The notes under the pieces: model-generated
Database searches by the model: none
Told to the model about the DNA's origin: nothing
The model's input: the letters and a program-made list of their open reading frames with translations, nothing else
Part shown: positions 1 through 13,261 of the stretch, piece after piece
How positions within the stretch are numbered: the stretch's first letter is position 1
Layout: each line of letters starts with the position of its first letter
Made by a program: the position numbers and the translations under genes
Assembly: GCF_040938485.1 (NCBI RefSeq)
Contig: NW_027271461.1
Span: 372,001-436,000, forward strand
DNA: 64,000 nucleotides
Direction of reading: 5' to 3'
Origin: Diadema antillarum
Lineage: Eukaryota

Positions 1-195
1 GTGCAACGCACTTTTATTTCACGCGTACTCATCTTGCGTTATGACTGTGTGGAGATCAGCGAAACAAAAGGGACTATCAACATAGAGTGTAACGAACTTT
101 TCTTCTCAGGTGATGTGATGGGCAAAACTACGCTTCATCACGTGATCAGCTCTTGACCAATCCTATTGCAACATTCTTAGTATGTGGAATATAAA
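1..195. repeat. Left arm of long inverted repeat (partner 1753-1963), truncated by window start
   Basis: 1-195 (gtgcaacgcacttttatttc...tcttgaccaatcc...tatgtggaat) is the near-exact reverse complement of 1753-1963. Confidence 0.85.
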
Positions 196-699
196 CCACA
201 ATATCTGTGGTATAGCCTTCGGAATTTAGAACCTCATTTCGTTTTCGGAATAAAGCCTTTCGAATATCTTTTTCATTTTCAGAGTCACAACCTTCGAGAT
301 GACAAAACTTCGAAATAACTAAACTTCGGAAACTGTAACCCGAACCAATGTGACTGTTTTTGTGAAACACAAAAATACTCTGAAATTCAGTGAATAGGTC
401 TATCTGCGTTTGTCTTTATCAAACTATGCCGCTTGCAATTTCGTTTGCTTATTTTGTAAAAGAGGCAAATGAATCAGTATATAATTATAACATGCATGGA
501 GTGAGATTTTTTTTAAGTGTAATATTAACTGATCATTACCGCAGATTGTGATGTATTCTAATTAGGTTATAGAGAATAGTTTTATGATAAATATGATTAT
601 GACATTGTATGCAATACATAGAGCGTACATTATAAGGCCCATGAGAGTCGCAAGATTTTTGAATTAATGATCATCAATATAGGGCCTATGGATTCCGGA

Positions 700-1500
700 A
701 TAATTTTTTAGCTCTTATGAACATTTCGAACAAAATTGTTGATGCCTTTGAACAAAACTCATTTCTAGCTGGCGTATTAATTTACCTCTCAAAGGCATTT
801 GACATCATTAATCATGATAAATTAGTTTGTTATATGAATTATGGAAAACGTGGCGTCGCAACACTGACTGGTTTCACAGTTTATACCTTCAATATACTAA
901 TTGTATGTCTATTTTATCGGATTTTAAAGAAATTGTTTGTGGTATCCCACAAAGGTCCTCATAGGACCACTCCTACATCTATACATCAATGACATATAAG
1001 TAATGTTATCGACGCATATTCTTATACAGTATCTAATATGCATGGAGATGTTGCTCTCTTTGCTCGGAGTATGATTAATTTACTCTGTGAAACAATAAAT
1101 CATAATTCAATTTAATGAATAAATGGTTGAATGCAAATCGACTCTCTGTTGATATAATCGACAAATGTTATTTAGTAATCATTTACGATCCCGTGCTGAT
1201 CTAACAATATTCAATCTTACTTTTTTTATATATAACATGCTATTGTGAACAATAGTCAACAAGGCGTAACACTATAAGTATCAAGATCATGCATACAAGA
1301 TCATACATAACAACCTCATGGCCTAATCAAGGGTTCACAGCTTTAGTTTACTTTGAATGGTGTTAATCTTCCACTCCGTGTTGATGTAACGAAATTTCTT
1401 GGAGTATAAAGATATGGATTCTAGACTATCGTGGAAGGATAATGAGGTTCAAAGGAGAATTTCTAAACATACCGGTATCATAAAGCAAACTTTTCACATA
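700..1500 (+). pseudogene. Degraded non-LTR retrotransposon reverse transcriptase (CR1/L2-like)
   Basis: Frameshifted fragments give IVDAFEQNSFLAGVLIYLSKAFDIINHDKL..YG, CGIPQRS-IGPLL-LYINDI, KWLNANRLS and TKFLGV. These match the LINE RT motifs DLSKAFD, GVPQGSILGPLLF-YINDI, WF-NKLSLN and KFLGV; multiple stops and frameshifts. Confidence 0.8.
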
Positions 1501-1752
1501 GGCCTATATTGCCGAGTAACGTCTTTCGAATAATATCTTTTAGTGATGGTGAATTCTGTAATCTCATTGGTCAATCACGTATGATAAAATCCGGTATTAC
1601 CTGTGTTACTCAGACCAACCACCGAACATTTCCAGTATTCCGTGAATAATGTCATACTGTGCGCATGCGCTAAATCCGCCACTGAATATTTTCCGTATTC
1701 CGTGATATGACGTCATGATGGTACACAGGCAAAGACGCTTAATTAATTATCT

Positions 1753-1963
1753 TTAGATTCCACATACTAAGAATCTTGCCATGGGATTGGTCAAGAGCTG
1801 ATCACGTGATGAAGCGTAGTTTTGCCCATTACATCACCTGAGAAGAAAAGTTCGTTACACTCTATGTTGATACATGTATAGTCCCTTTTGTTTCGCTGAT
1901 CTCCACACAGTCCACACAGTCCTAACGCAAGATGAGTACGCGCGAAATAAAAGTGCGTTGCAC
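1753..1963. repeat. Right arm of long inverted repeat (partner 1-195)
   Basis: Reverse complement of 1-195 with two small internal insertions. Confidence 0.85.
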
Positions 1964-2205
1964 TGTGGACTATCATGTGACCTAGGTCACTTGTTATAGT
2001 ACACAGTGCAACGCACTTTCACTTCGGTGCCGCGCGGTGCGCGCAGCAAATTCATTGTTTTGTCATCTACGCGCACACGTAGCCCAAGCCCTAAGGATAC
2101 CTGAAGACAGCTAAAACGGTTTCAGATGTGGAATAAAATGGGAATTTCTAGGACCCTAGATGTGGAATATAAAGCAAATAATCAACTTTTAGTTTCAGGC
2201 AATAC

Positions 2206-2309
2206 ACAAACTATCACTTCCTCGTCGATCTGAATGTGTACTCTATCTTTCCTCAGCTGCGCTTCGGAAAGATAGCTATATCCAGATCGCCTCGGAAGTG
2301 ATAGTTTGT
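2206..2309. repeat. Hairpin / foldback MITE-like element
   Basis: Arms acaaactatcacttcc..gatctg..ctatctttcc and ggaaagatag..cagatc..ggaagtgatagtttgt around a short loop. Confidence 0.7.
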
Positions 2310-2554
2310 CCCATCAACTTCACCAACGTTGCTTACTACTATCTTTGGCACACAGCCAGCTGCGCGTGTACGTATGATGCGCGCATAATCAGCTCGAGAG
2401 ACGTAAGTCAACATGGCTGACCGCCGGCGATTTCAACATTATTCGCGAGAGGAAATCAGCGAGAAGAAGTTTAACCCAAAAATTGCCTGTGTAACTTTAC
2501 CAGTGAGATTACACTACAGAATTCATGTAGATATAAACTTAAAAAGATAAAATC

Positions 2555-2692
2555 GTTACCCCCTGCTTGTTCTTACGAAATACGGGAAATATCTACGGTC
2601 TGGTGCCATATTCCATTCGGCCTCTGGCCTCATGGAATATGGCACCAGACCGTAGATATTTGCCCGTATTTCATGAACAAGCAGGGGGTAAC
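2555..2692. repeat. Near-perfect 138-bp palindrome, foldback MITE-like element
   Basis: gttaccccctgcttgttc...gtctggtgccatattccat / loop tcggcctctggcctc / atggaatatggcaccagac...gaacaagcagggggtaac. Confidence 0.8.
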
Positions 2693-3282
2693 TAATAGTA
2701 TTCTTATATTCTTCCGCTTTTATCGTATTGTAACACAGTACGTATTGGCAAACACATCAACTCAAATCTAAAACATTCAATAGTTATATACAAAATAAAG
2801 TAATCCGAATAATTTCAAGAGCACAGCTACGATCACAATCATGTTAAACCCCTTTATCACGGATTGAAACTTCTAAATTTTATATATTCACTCAGCGTAT
2901 GCAATACAAAGAAGATATTTTTATCTACCTATACCATGTAGTGGGTCAATGGCCTGCTGCCAACTCAATTCTCTAATTTGTTTTCATTTACTGACTCTCA
3001 TTGTCAATACAACCGTTCCTCTCTATCTTCGCACCTGCGCATACCACGCCACCGGACCCTTCAACATAATGTCAGAATTACTGCAATGGCCCAAAAATCT
3101 TGAACGAGTTGCCACCCTGCATAAAAGCTTCCAGTTCGCTCAACAACTTTAAAACTATAGGTCTATATAAAGACTCATCTTATTTCATAATGTTCTTTAA
3201 TTCTACAATATAGACCTACCCACTTTTTAAGACTATAAGCGTGTGGCGTTGTGAATGTATATAATTTTTTAAATCTTTTTAA

Positions 3283-4168
3283 AGGGACTGTAATACACAC
3301 TGTAAAAACATCGGTGTTAGATTTAACACCAGGGGTGTTAAATCTAACACCGATCAAACTTCAATATAGGACCACACCCACAGGTGTTAAAAATGCACTG
3401 TGATGGTGTTGAAAAGTGTTCACTTGACACTTCGTGGTGTTAATTTGACACTGTACCTGGTGTTATTTTGACACTGTACTGGTGTTAATTCAAAAATGAC
3501 ACCACATGGTGTTGATTTGATATTTGTTGGTGTTAATATCAATGGTTTAACACCCGTCCAGCTTCAATAAGAGACCACACCAGCTGGTGTTACTTTGGTG
3601 TAAATTTATTTTCACATTTTTTCAAAAATCTAGTATTTTAATGTAAAATTCTTGATCGTCTTGTTTAAATGAAAAATCAACAAGAAGTGCAGTTACTAAG
3701 AAACTCTTCAAAAAACAGTTTAAAATTTGGAAATGACACCCGGAGGTGTTAATTTAACACCGTAAATGAGCACTGAAAATTTAACACCAGCTCGGTGTTC
3801 ACTATTTAACACCGGACTTTTTGCAGTGCAGTAATGGTTTAGGTGAGGATTCAGCTTTTTTGTAACGTTTTGCAAGATATTTAGAAACCACTCTATGAAA
3901 TGTTAAAGAGCATACCAGTTTTGAAATGACTGAGACATAGAAAACAAGGTTAAACAAAGAAATCCTAATAAAAGTTGTGCCTTGTCAATTTATTTTATAA
4001 GGATCTTTTTTTTTTAATATCTCCGCCATTTCAAGGCCAATTTTCGTCAAATAAACGTTGTATCCTTCTTGAAATTACACGCTCTTTCATATTTCATGAG
4101 GTTTGTCATTATCTCACAAAAAAGTAATAAACCTATATCCTCGCCTCAACCAGTACTGTAGAGTCCGT
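3283..4168. mobile_element. Kolobok-like TTAA non-autonomous element, interrupted in its left TIR by a CACTG element
   Basis: Starts ttaa|agggactgta; after the insert it resumes cagtaatggtttaggtgagg, which matches the reverse complement of the right end cctcgcctcaaccagtactgtagagtcc. The body resembles 47549-47930. Confidence 0.6.
3298..3828. mobile_element. CMC-EnSpm-like (CACTG) MITE, copy 1
   Basis: TIR cactgtaaaaa / tttttgcagtg, 2-bp TSD CA, many internal ttaacacc/ggtgttaa subterminal motifs; near-identical inverted copy at 16861-17391. Confidence 0.85.
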
Positions 4169-7100
4169 GTAACTGTCTGATTGCTGCCCTCCACCCCCTC
4201 CCCCATTTTACATTATTTTGTATACCCTCTACAATCCCCCTATATGCTACACGTTAAACTTGTAGGGACCCATGTCCCTATATCGTTATACAATACTATA
4301 TAGTACTTGTATAAGTCGAAGTTGATGTCCCTGTCAATGCCAATGTCCGTATTATTATGTCCCTGTCTTTGTTTCTGTTACTATGTCTCTGTATCTGTTT
4401 TGTCCTATATAAATAAGCCATATCCTCGGTTTTTTATTTTTATTCATATGATACTGCATATCGAATTTAATACTTATGTAAAGTCACACGCGTCACAAGT
4501 CTTTGTACTTAATTAGAGATGCGCCCCCAGCATGTTCAAATTGACCGCATGTTGCATGTATACTTATATATTCCTATTTGCTGGAAATAAATGTCATTGA
4601 ACTTGAACATTAATGGTCGTATAAAACATACAAATTACACAGAAACTGGAGGAAAGCAGATGATGATGGAAAACGAGAAAGTTCAGTTGGGATTTGGTTA
4701 TGTTATTGGATATGCCTATTAAAGAATACATGCGATGACTTATTCGAGTCTCAGCTGAGTAATGTTTTCAATAAAGCAGCATCGGACTAGTTAGCAGAGG
4801 AAAAGATGCAGAGAATTATCATTCAAATGACACATAGGCCTACATGGACGACTTGCGGGGCTTCAGTGAAGTGCGAGGCTTCAGTGAAGTGCGAAATGCA
4901 AAGTAAGCCTTAAATATCGTCATCTAATATTAGAAGCCATTAGTGATAATGTCGCAGTGAACGTTGTGATAATTCAATGCTTCGGGATAGGAATCCACGA
5001 GTAAAGTGTGGTCCCATGGAGAGTATGATTCTTTCAATAATGGGTATAAACAATGAAAAAATAAACATGTATTATGCAAGCAGAATTTAGAGTTTAATGA
5101 ATAGTTCGTAAAATGTGTCTCAAGAAAATAATCACAAGAAGGAAAACTGTAAATATAAAGGATGTAAAAGCATTACATCTATTGGTATCGATTACCCGAG
5201 TTACAAGAGCTGTCCTGGAGGATCTGTGATGCTTGATATTTATCTTGTATACGATACACCCTCATTCTGTTGGTCTTTTTTGATGACAACGAGAAATGTA
5301 TATGATTGTATCCCAATCAAATGTGGGAAGAACGGCATGTTGTATTTAGATACATTAGCGCACGGCGCAAGATTTTGACGTACGGACCTAACTATATAGA
5401 CTGACAACAATGATAAAACCCGTAACTTCAAAAGGAGTTGTAAACAGTACATCTCGCTGTATTTTAAGACATACACAATTTGTCGGTCTATAGTAACTGT
5501 TGTATATTGATTCAACATATTCATTGCAGTGCGTATTATAGTTGAGTTTTAAAAGTTATATTTTAAGACATAAGACATTTTAAGACATAACTATGGGACA
5601 CTATTGTCGGTCTATCCAAGATTCAACATATTCATTGCAGTGCATACTATTATTCTAGTTGAATCTACACACATCGACAATAATGATAAAACCTTATACA
5701 TTGTACGTTAAAATACAGTTGTCAAAAACACATCTCGCTATAGTTTATGGCACATGCCACAGTGTTAATACGTGTAGTTGAATGGGGCAACTTTAAAAAT
5801 CATATCATATTCTTCATAATAGATTATTACGTGCACACTTTTGTTTGTGATCAATGCTTACTTTTATTGTTTTTTATTTATGCGGCCTTCAACGGTTTGC
5901 TGAAAATGAGTCTCGTCTGATCGTGTATTCCACTCTGAGCCTTGTCTCAGACTGCACTGAATAAGTGGTCCAAAGATGCGCTTTCAATCTGATGGTGTGT
6001 ATCTCTGATATCATACAATGTTGGTAGGCCTACCACCATCGTTTAAACGTCTCAACAGAACTATTGTCAACACGATTACAAATGCGTTTGAGCATTGGGA
6101 AAATGCATTTTTTTTTTAAACGGAAAATACAATATCTTTCCAGGACGAAACTCTCCCTCTTTTTACCTAATTTCTTAATTTTACGATCCTGTCATAATAA
6201 GGCGAGAACATCAATATCACATTTTTCATAAGCGATTGTTACCCATCTCGCTTTGTTTTCACCGGGAACACCTTTTACAGTTGACGACTCTAGTGTACTA
6301 CAAAGTATATTATGTTCTCTTTGGTCGAGTCAAAAAGCTGGAAAGTTGTTTAAATTCCACTCACGTCCAGTCTGATCCCAAGGGTCTCGTGAACAAATTA
6401 GTCAATGAGGTTCAAGAGATGAGTTCCAACGAGCAACAGTTATTTTTACACATCTGCCAGTTTTCTGCATGGATGCTCAAAATAGTTCACAGGTGCATTG
6501 TGTCTTTGATCTTGGCGTTTAATGCTGCTATCTTTCTGAGCAATTTGAAGATTCATTTTAACAGCGAACATAATATCGAGTACATTTTGCTTGTTTATTC
6601 GTTGAATTGAATAATCCTCCAGCCAATGATAAAATACATGTATATGAAACAAAAGTCAGTCAGTCAGTCGAAAAATGTTGGCAAAAGTGTAAATGTGAGC
6701 TATATGTTGTGAAGTGTTTGAATAATATTGTACCTTCCTGGAAACCAGATTTCATCACTATTCCAATGATTAAGACAAATGCAAGTGAGTGGTAAAATAT
6801 TCAAATATCAGTTCTTTATAAATTAATACGTCAGATTCTTGTCCAGACAATGTCCAGACGAGTAGGGCCTTGTAGGTTGGTATATACACACACAAAGTAT
6901 TCACATTTATATATAAGTTCATAAAGCTTTTTCGCGTTAAACTAGACAGACAATACAACATTTTCCTCTCCCTATTAAAATTCCGGTCAACTGCATGCAA
7001 CAAGATTTATGTAGCTTATTTTATACACTTTATTTAAAAAAAAAAAACATCCGTTACGGCCACGCTATAAATAAGCAATCACACAAAGAGTTGTTATTTA

Positions 7101-8840
7101 ATGTGATTTCAGTTTTGTTTATTTCACTATTTGTATAAAATTTCATCCCGGTGAACGAATGAAAAATGCAGTACTGTACAATGCATGATACCAATTACTG
7201 TATTCTAAAAGAGCTTCCAACGAACATTCGTATTACGGGGATGGTGTGGCTATTACACACTATATACAGTAGGTCATCAAGATTTTCGTTAACGAGACAT
7301 ACAAACGCTTTGACCTGCATCATTCAAAGAAACGTCAGAAAATGGCGTGTATTTTCATTTCGTCATTGTTGAAACCACATATAAAAAATAACCACGACTA
7401 AAGTGTACACATAGCGCTGCAAATTTGTTTTGACAACTAAACAGTATGTATTGATATCATGTTTATAACTTGCCTTATAATAGTGTTATTTTTCACGATT
7501 TTTCCCCATGGGAAGCATATCGCATACATCCAACATGATTATCTTTAATGTAAAGATCTGAAGCCATGTAATAGAAAAATAAAAGCGATCAATATACATA
7601 TCACAAGAACGTGGCAGTTTTGACTCGATTCTCCCATATCACTCCCCACAGCCGAGTGTTGATGACCTATTAGCACCTGACTTGGTAACTTTCACACAAC
7701 AGAATATGCCCTTAAAGTGATTTATGCGGCATAAGTTAAAAGATATTCACAAGATCATTTTATAAGTACTAACAGGCTGAGTGACAGCGTTATATGATAA
7801 TATGAACATAAACATCGAACAATACAAATTCTTTTTTTTTTAGTCGAAATCACATGCTACCTGCACTGATAGTGTTCTGATACACAATACTAATTAGCAT
7901 GAAAAATCGCTTAGTCGATTGTAACTCGTAGAATTGATCCTTCGTATATCTATTACAGCTCCACATCTGAGTTCAGCATACAGTGTTCCTGTTTGGCATG
8001 GACAAAATATTGCTTGATTCATTTCTTTGGTATAGAAGTTGCCAGGAATTATACCCGAAAAATGTAATAGGCTCGAATCCCTTGAAATGACACATTGACA
8101 TTTAAATCAATGGCAGACACATTGACATTTAAATCAATGGCAGACATCTTTCAAGACATATCTTTTCAATTCAAATTGGTAGGATCCTTACGCACCGTTT
8201 TCAATCCGGTTTTTTTTTTCTAATATCAATAAAAACATCACAAAACATCCGTGTATTTTGCGATGTATGAAAAGAGATAATTAAGATGATGCTAATGGTG
8301 ATGAAGATGAAAGAAAGTACACGCTATACACAAAATCAATGAAAATCTATGTTCGGGCCAACGAGATATACAATTTGAATGTCATTATACCCTATCTAAC
8401 AAGGGATGAGGCCACTTCAAAAGAGAGTGGCTTTGACGATGCTCGAGCAACTGTCGAGTGGAAATCTTGAAAACTCCTGAGCTTCATTATATCATTATGA
8501 GTGAAATGACCACAGTGTCACATTATCTAAGTTCCATTTCTCAGTGAATATCATGCTCTGGATATCTTTTTTAAAAGAAAAATAACAATAATTATTTATC
8601 ATCAGACAGAAAGGGAAGATAATTATGCTGAACGTGTACAATTTTGTCAAGGGGTAAAACCTTGATCTGCCTTTGGCGACCTTTGAGGTGTAATCTGCGC
8701 AGATTAGGGCAGGATGGAAAGGAGGATGTGCTTTTGCGCGCGTCCTAATAGAAGGTGTCTGTGTCTTACCAAACAGCACTTAATGGTGAAGTGAGTTTTT
8801 TTTTTGTTGTTGTTGTTTTTCTAGTTCTTTTTATTTTGCC

Positions 8841-9132
8841 TCAGTCCTGTTTGGGCTTACTACTTATCATACGTCTACATGTCAGTTTGCAGCAACGACA
8901 GGTTAATTTGCACGTGTAGTAAAATATGACGACAAAAAGCAGAAAGCAGGTGAAAAGGAAAGCATAGACATCTATCAGGTAAAGTTGCACAAAGTTCAAA
9001 TCTTTGACGGGTGAGCGTAGGTCTTTCCCACCGTATTTCATGACATGTTCCACCCAAAAGGCAGCCCGATCAGCAGGGGACTGTGGCCGGTCGCGGTAGA
9101 TTGCAGACAGTCGCTTTGCCGTTTTCATGTAC
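8841..9132 (-). CDS. UGT constant exon 3 (last; TM helix and ER-retrieval tail)
   Basis: Acceptor catgtag|G; YMKTAKRLSAIYRDRPQSPADRAAFWVEHVMKYGGKDLRSP...hydrophobic helix...KPKQD*; 292 bp. Confidence 0.95.
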
Positions 9133-9502
9133 CTACATGGGAGATAAGTATGACCAGCATAATGGCAAACAAAACAAATGAAGTTATACCATATGATAAT
9201 ATCGCATTGCACTGCCTGGTCACAACACACACAAAAGCCTAAAAATGGACATTGAAAAAAACAGATGCCCTTCTAAAAAGCCCTTCTGAAAATAAAGTTG
9301 AAAGTTGAATCAGTTCTTGTCCGTAAGTCACACACATCGAAATAAGGCATTATGCACAATGCAGAGTCTTAAAAAATCCAACAAACTCTAGAGTTTGCAA
9401 TACATTGTACCTAATGACATGAAAAAAAAAACTGCACCACATGGCATCATGTATGTTGGCATCAGAGAAATAATAACAATAATGATAATAATAATAATAA
9501 TG

Positions 9503-9549
<47 letters not shown>

Positions 9550-12420
9550 TGCATTTATATGGCGCTTTATACTGGTGTTTCTAAGCGCATTGGTGCTATT
9601 CATACACAATGAAAAAAAGTACGTGTGATACAGTGATACAATAATAAATGACTGACTGGGTGCGCCTCCAGAAAAAAAAATAATATGGCTGTAAGTTTGA
9701 TATGCTACTCATTGACGCTATTTGACTTTCATTGAAAGCAGCAATCACATCTAATACGATGTAACTTCAAGGACACAAACTACGGCGGAGGATACGAGTT
9801 TCGACTGCAATTTTATACACCTGTATAAAACAAGAGACCCGCGGGTATAGCGCTCACCTGAGTATCGCAAGTTCACCTTTCACGCAGTCACTAATCTAAA
9901 TTATTCACAGCTCTACCAAAATTTGACCAGGCATTCTCAAGTAGAAGATGAAAATGTACAATAAATGCCAAAATTTTTAAAGATTCCTTAATTTGGGGGG
10001 ATTGGGGCCCCCTGGGGCCCTCTGGGTGGGGCATGGTGCCCATTTTGATAAATTGAGATCCTGACCCCCTAGGGATGCTACCTGCCAAGTTTGACGAAAA
10101 TCCATCATGATGTTTTCAGGAAGAAGATGAAAATGTACAATTCAGGTCCCTATTTGGACCTTCCCAACCCCCCCCCCCCCCCCCCTGCCCCCAAGAGGGG
10201 CACCCCTGGATCTGCTATGAACAAACTTGGAACTACAGTCATTAATGTACTCACTCATAGTATTATCTTAGCTCTGAGCATAGTTTCTGATTCTAGAGAA
10301 GATTTTTAAAGATTCCTTTTTTTGGGGGGGGGGTTTGGGCCCCCTGGGGGCCCCCTGGGTGGGGCATGGTGCCCATTTCAACAAATTGAGATCCTTAACC
10401 CCCTAGGGATGCTACCTGCCAAGTTTGGTGAAAATGGGTCATGGGGTTCTCAAGAAGAAGATAAAAATGTACAATTTAGGTCCCATCAGGTGAGCTAAAA
10501 AGCGTCGGGAAGTGCTAAGGTGATGCGCAAGTTTACCAGCTCCGACTAAGCCCAGGGCACTGTTTCATGAAAGTTGTTCGCCCTGACAAGTTGTCAGTCT
10601 CTGATAATTCCAGTAAAATCCTTGGTTTTGATTGGCTGAGAAGTTCGGTCACGGACCGTTACTACGGTAATTGTCAGACTGACAACTTGTCAGGGCTGAG
10701 AACTTTGCTGAAAAGGTGCCCTGGTTTGTTCTAGTACACTCACGTGTTGTTTTGGGTGACAGTGTTAATAGCCGCCTCCAAATTCTCTGCAGTGATGGAG
10801 TGGATACTGAGTGACACGCCCATTCCCTTTTCCGTCACTCTAGCTGCTACACTCAGCTGATCGGAAAACACTGGTAGCACCACGATGGGTACTCCGTGGT
10901 ATAAGGCCTCGTACAAACCGTTGTTACCGCCCTGATACATGAAAAGCCTTGTTTGGGGGTGACCTGTAAATACAATAATCATTATTCGACTTATTTGCGA
11001 TGAGAGATGGGTAAACGTATTAATGTGTGCAAGACGTTTCTTGTCGCTACCTCACAACACACCGTGGCTTCAGATCATCAGTGTGTGCGCTACAGGCCTA
11101 CGCAAAGAAAGGTTAAAAAATCTTTCAAAGTTTTAATACTAATTTCAGGGCAGGTGCATTTCTAACGGAAATGAAACATGCATTCCCAAAGGACCATTTC
11201 ATAAAGGGGGTTTACATTATCGGCAGATGCAAGAATTTTTGTTGCAATAGATATAAAGATATTCAATCACCAAGTGCCGTGTGAATAAGTTTTCACCATG
11301 CACAATTTGAAGTGCAACTATTGCAGCTTAAAATGAGATTGTAATCGCAAACATTCTTAAAACGCGCCCACGACATCATTTCTGTCGTTTCTGCTTCATT
11401 CTACACTTGGGCCAATTAATGCTCAAACGTGTTTGTATATTTATGCATACATCATGCAGATGTACTCAAAGTATTATATGATTAAAATGAAAATATGATA
11501 AGGTTCATCAATTCGAAAATGTATAGAGACGGCGCGCACTAACGAACCTTATTTCATTTTCGGATTATTGAACCTTTGGAATAATCAACTATAATATAAT
11601 CGATCTGCGTATATAGATTTATGTGCGGAACAATAGTTTCTCTATAGGTGTGTGCCAATCACACAGAATCACTACACATGATACTTATGCTGAAAAGCGT
11701 AAATAATAAAGCATCAAGTCAGAAGAGTGACTTTACCAAGGAGATCATTTTGAGGCAGCCATTCCATGGTCTTGATGTTGTCTGCAAGTTTTGTCGGAGT
11801 CCCGTCAGGAAGCTGCCACACCACTTTCTGCGGAAGTCTCGCAAACACGGAGGCGAAAAGATCGTTGTATCGCTGCGGCATGGCCTTGACGTATGTCCCC
11901 AAGGAGAACACAATGACGCCCTCATCGCCAGCACTATTCATGAAGTCATCGAGTTCCTACAGGAGAATTGGTTCAAAGAATAGAAAGCGACGATTCAAAG
12001 GGGGCATTCCAGACGATTTTCGTAATCATGTAGTACATAAATCAGAAGTTCCATGTATAGACTTGTGGTATTTAATTCAAATTATTGTGGCCCTTGAGTA
12101 TAGAGATACCAATAATCTGAAAATCTTAAACAAATTACATTGAACAGTCGTGATGACTCAGAAGCCTCACATATTTAAGAAATGTATAAATGTAATATTA
12201 TTCCATTACAAAACTGGTTGCTTAACAACTTCACTTGTGTACAATCTATTCGTGCCCCCTTATTTTGCGCTGCTTCCTGGAGCCCCAACTCATGCGTTCT
12301 TCTGGTGAGGCTGCCATGTTACCATCCTCGTTCATTGCAATGTTACAAATTTTGAGAACATTATCATTCCTCATTCCAGTCTCTATAAATTCTGAAACTC
12401 TGTACTCAGTACATTTATAA

Positions 12421-12458
<38 letters not shown>

Positions 12459-13228
12459 AAGGTCCCCTTTAAAGGAAATGTTCCGATTTGGAAAGGAGAT
12501 GCGAGAAGAGATTAAAAAAAATGTGCGTACGTATTGATATGTATACAATTTACCATTCTACAGGACACACACAGCGAAAGAGGTGAATAAAGTATTACTA
12601 TACAGTGTGATACTTCATATCACTGATTCCTGTCAACTAAGATCATTTCTAATGATTATCATTAGACAATAGTCAGTTAACCAGTAAAATGTCGTATTAT
12701 GCTTTTCGTGACGACGCTGAAAAATTTTACATTTTGTTCCCAAAATGTCTGAAGAATGAGCGTTGTGCAAAGTTCAACCTTTTCCCTAACTTTATACAGT
12801 ATTTCAATGTCTCCTACACACAAAAAACCCCACACAAAACAACAAAACAAAAACACACACACACAAACATGAACAAACAAAATCCAAAAACGAAGCAAAC
12901 AAACAACCAACGAAAACCCATGAACAAAAAAGAAAAGAAGAAATCAAGAGCTTAGTATCATATCGGCAAACGCATTTAGCCCTGCTATGATGTTCGCATT
13001 GTTTTCTATCCATTTTTTTCTGACCTACTGTTGTTTGGGGTTTTTTTTACCGCAAATCATATTCTTCCATAATTCTAGAGAGAGAGAGAGAGAGAGAGAA
13101 AGGGGGTTATAAACTGTATAATCACTTATTGGGAATTGCGGACAAAAATTATGTTTATCTATCGTTGTTTATCTTTTTATTTGAAACATACGTCGGCGGC
13201 AAAGAGAGCTTCTTTACTAAAACACACA

Positions 13229-13261
<33 letters not shown>

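Noticed and set aside
3298-3828. Regularly recurring ggtgttaa/ttaacacc motifs as a CRISPR-like array
   Set aside because: Motifs are only 8-10 bp, occur in both orientations with irregular spacing, and sit inside a TIR/TSD-bounded eukaryotic transposon.
6236-6795. 124-aa ORF and neighbours downstream of the UGT
   Set aside because: No recognisable domain, splice context or compositional signal; probably chance ORFs.
8088-8145. Short direct duplications (28 bp x2 here; 18 bp x2 near 4858-4893; about 50 bp x2 near 29255-29345)
   Set aside because: Ordinary slippage duplications with no further structure.
9388-9628. Poly-Ile ORFs on both strands
   Set aside because: Translation of the (ATA)n microsatellite.
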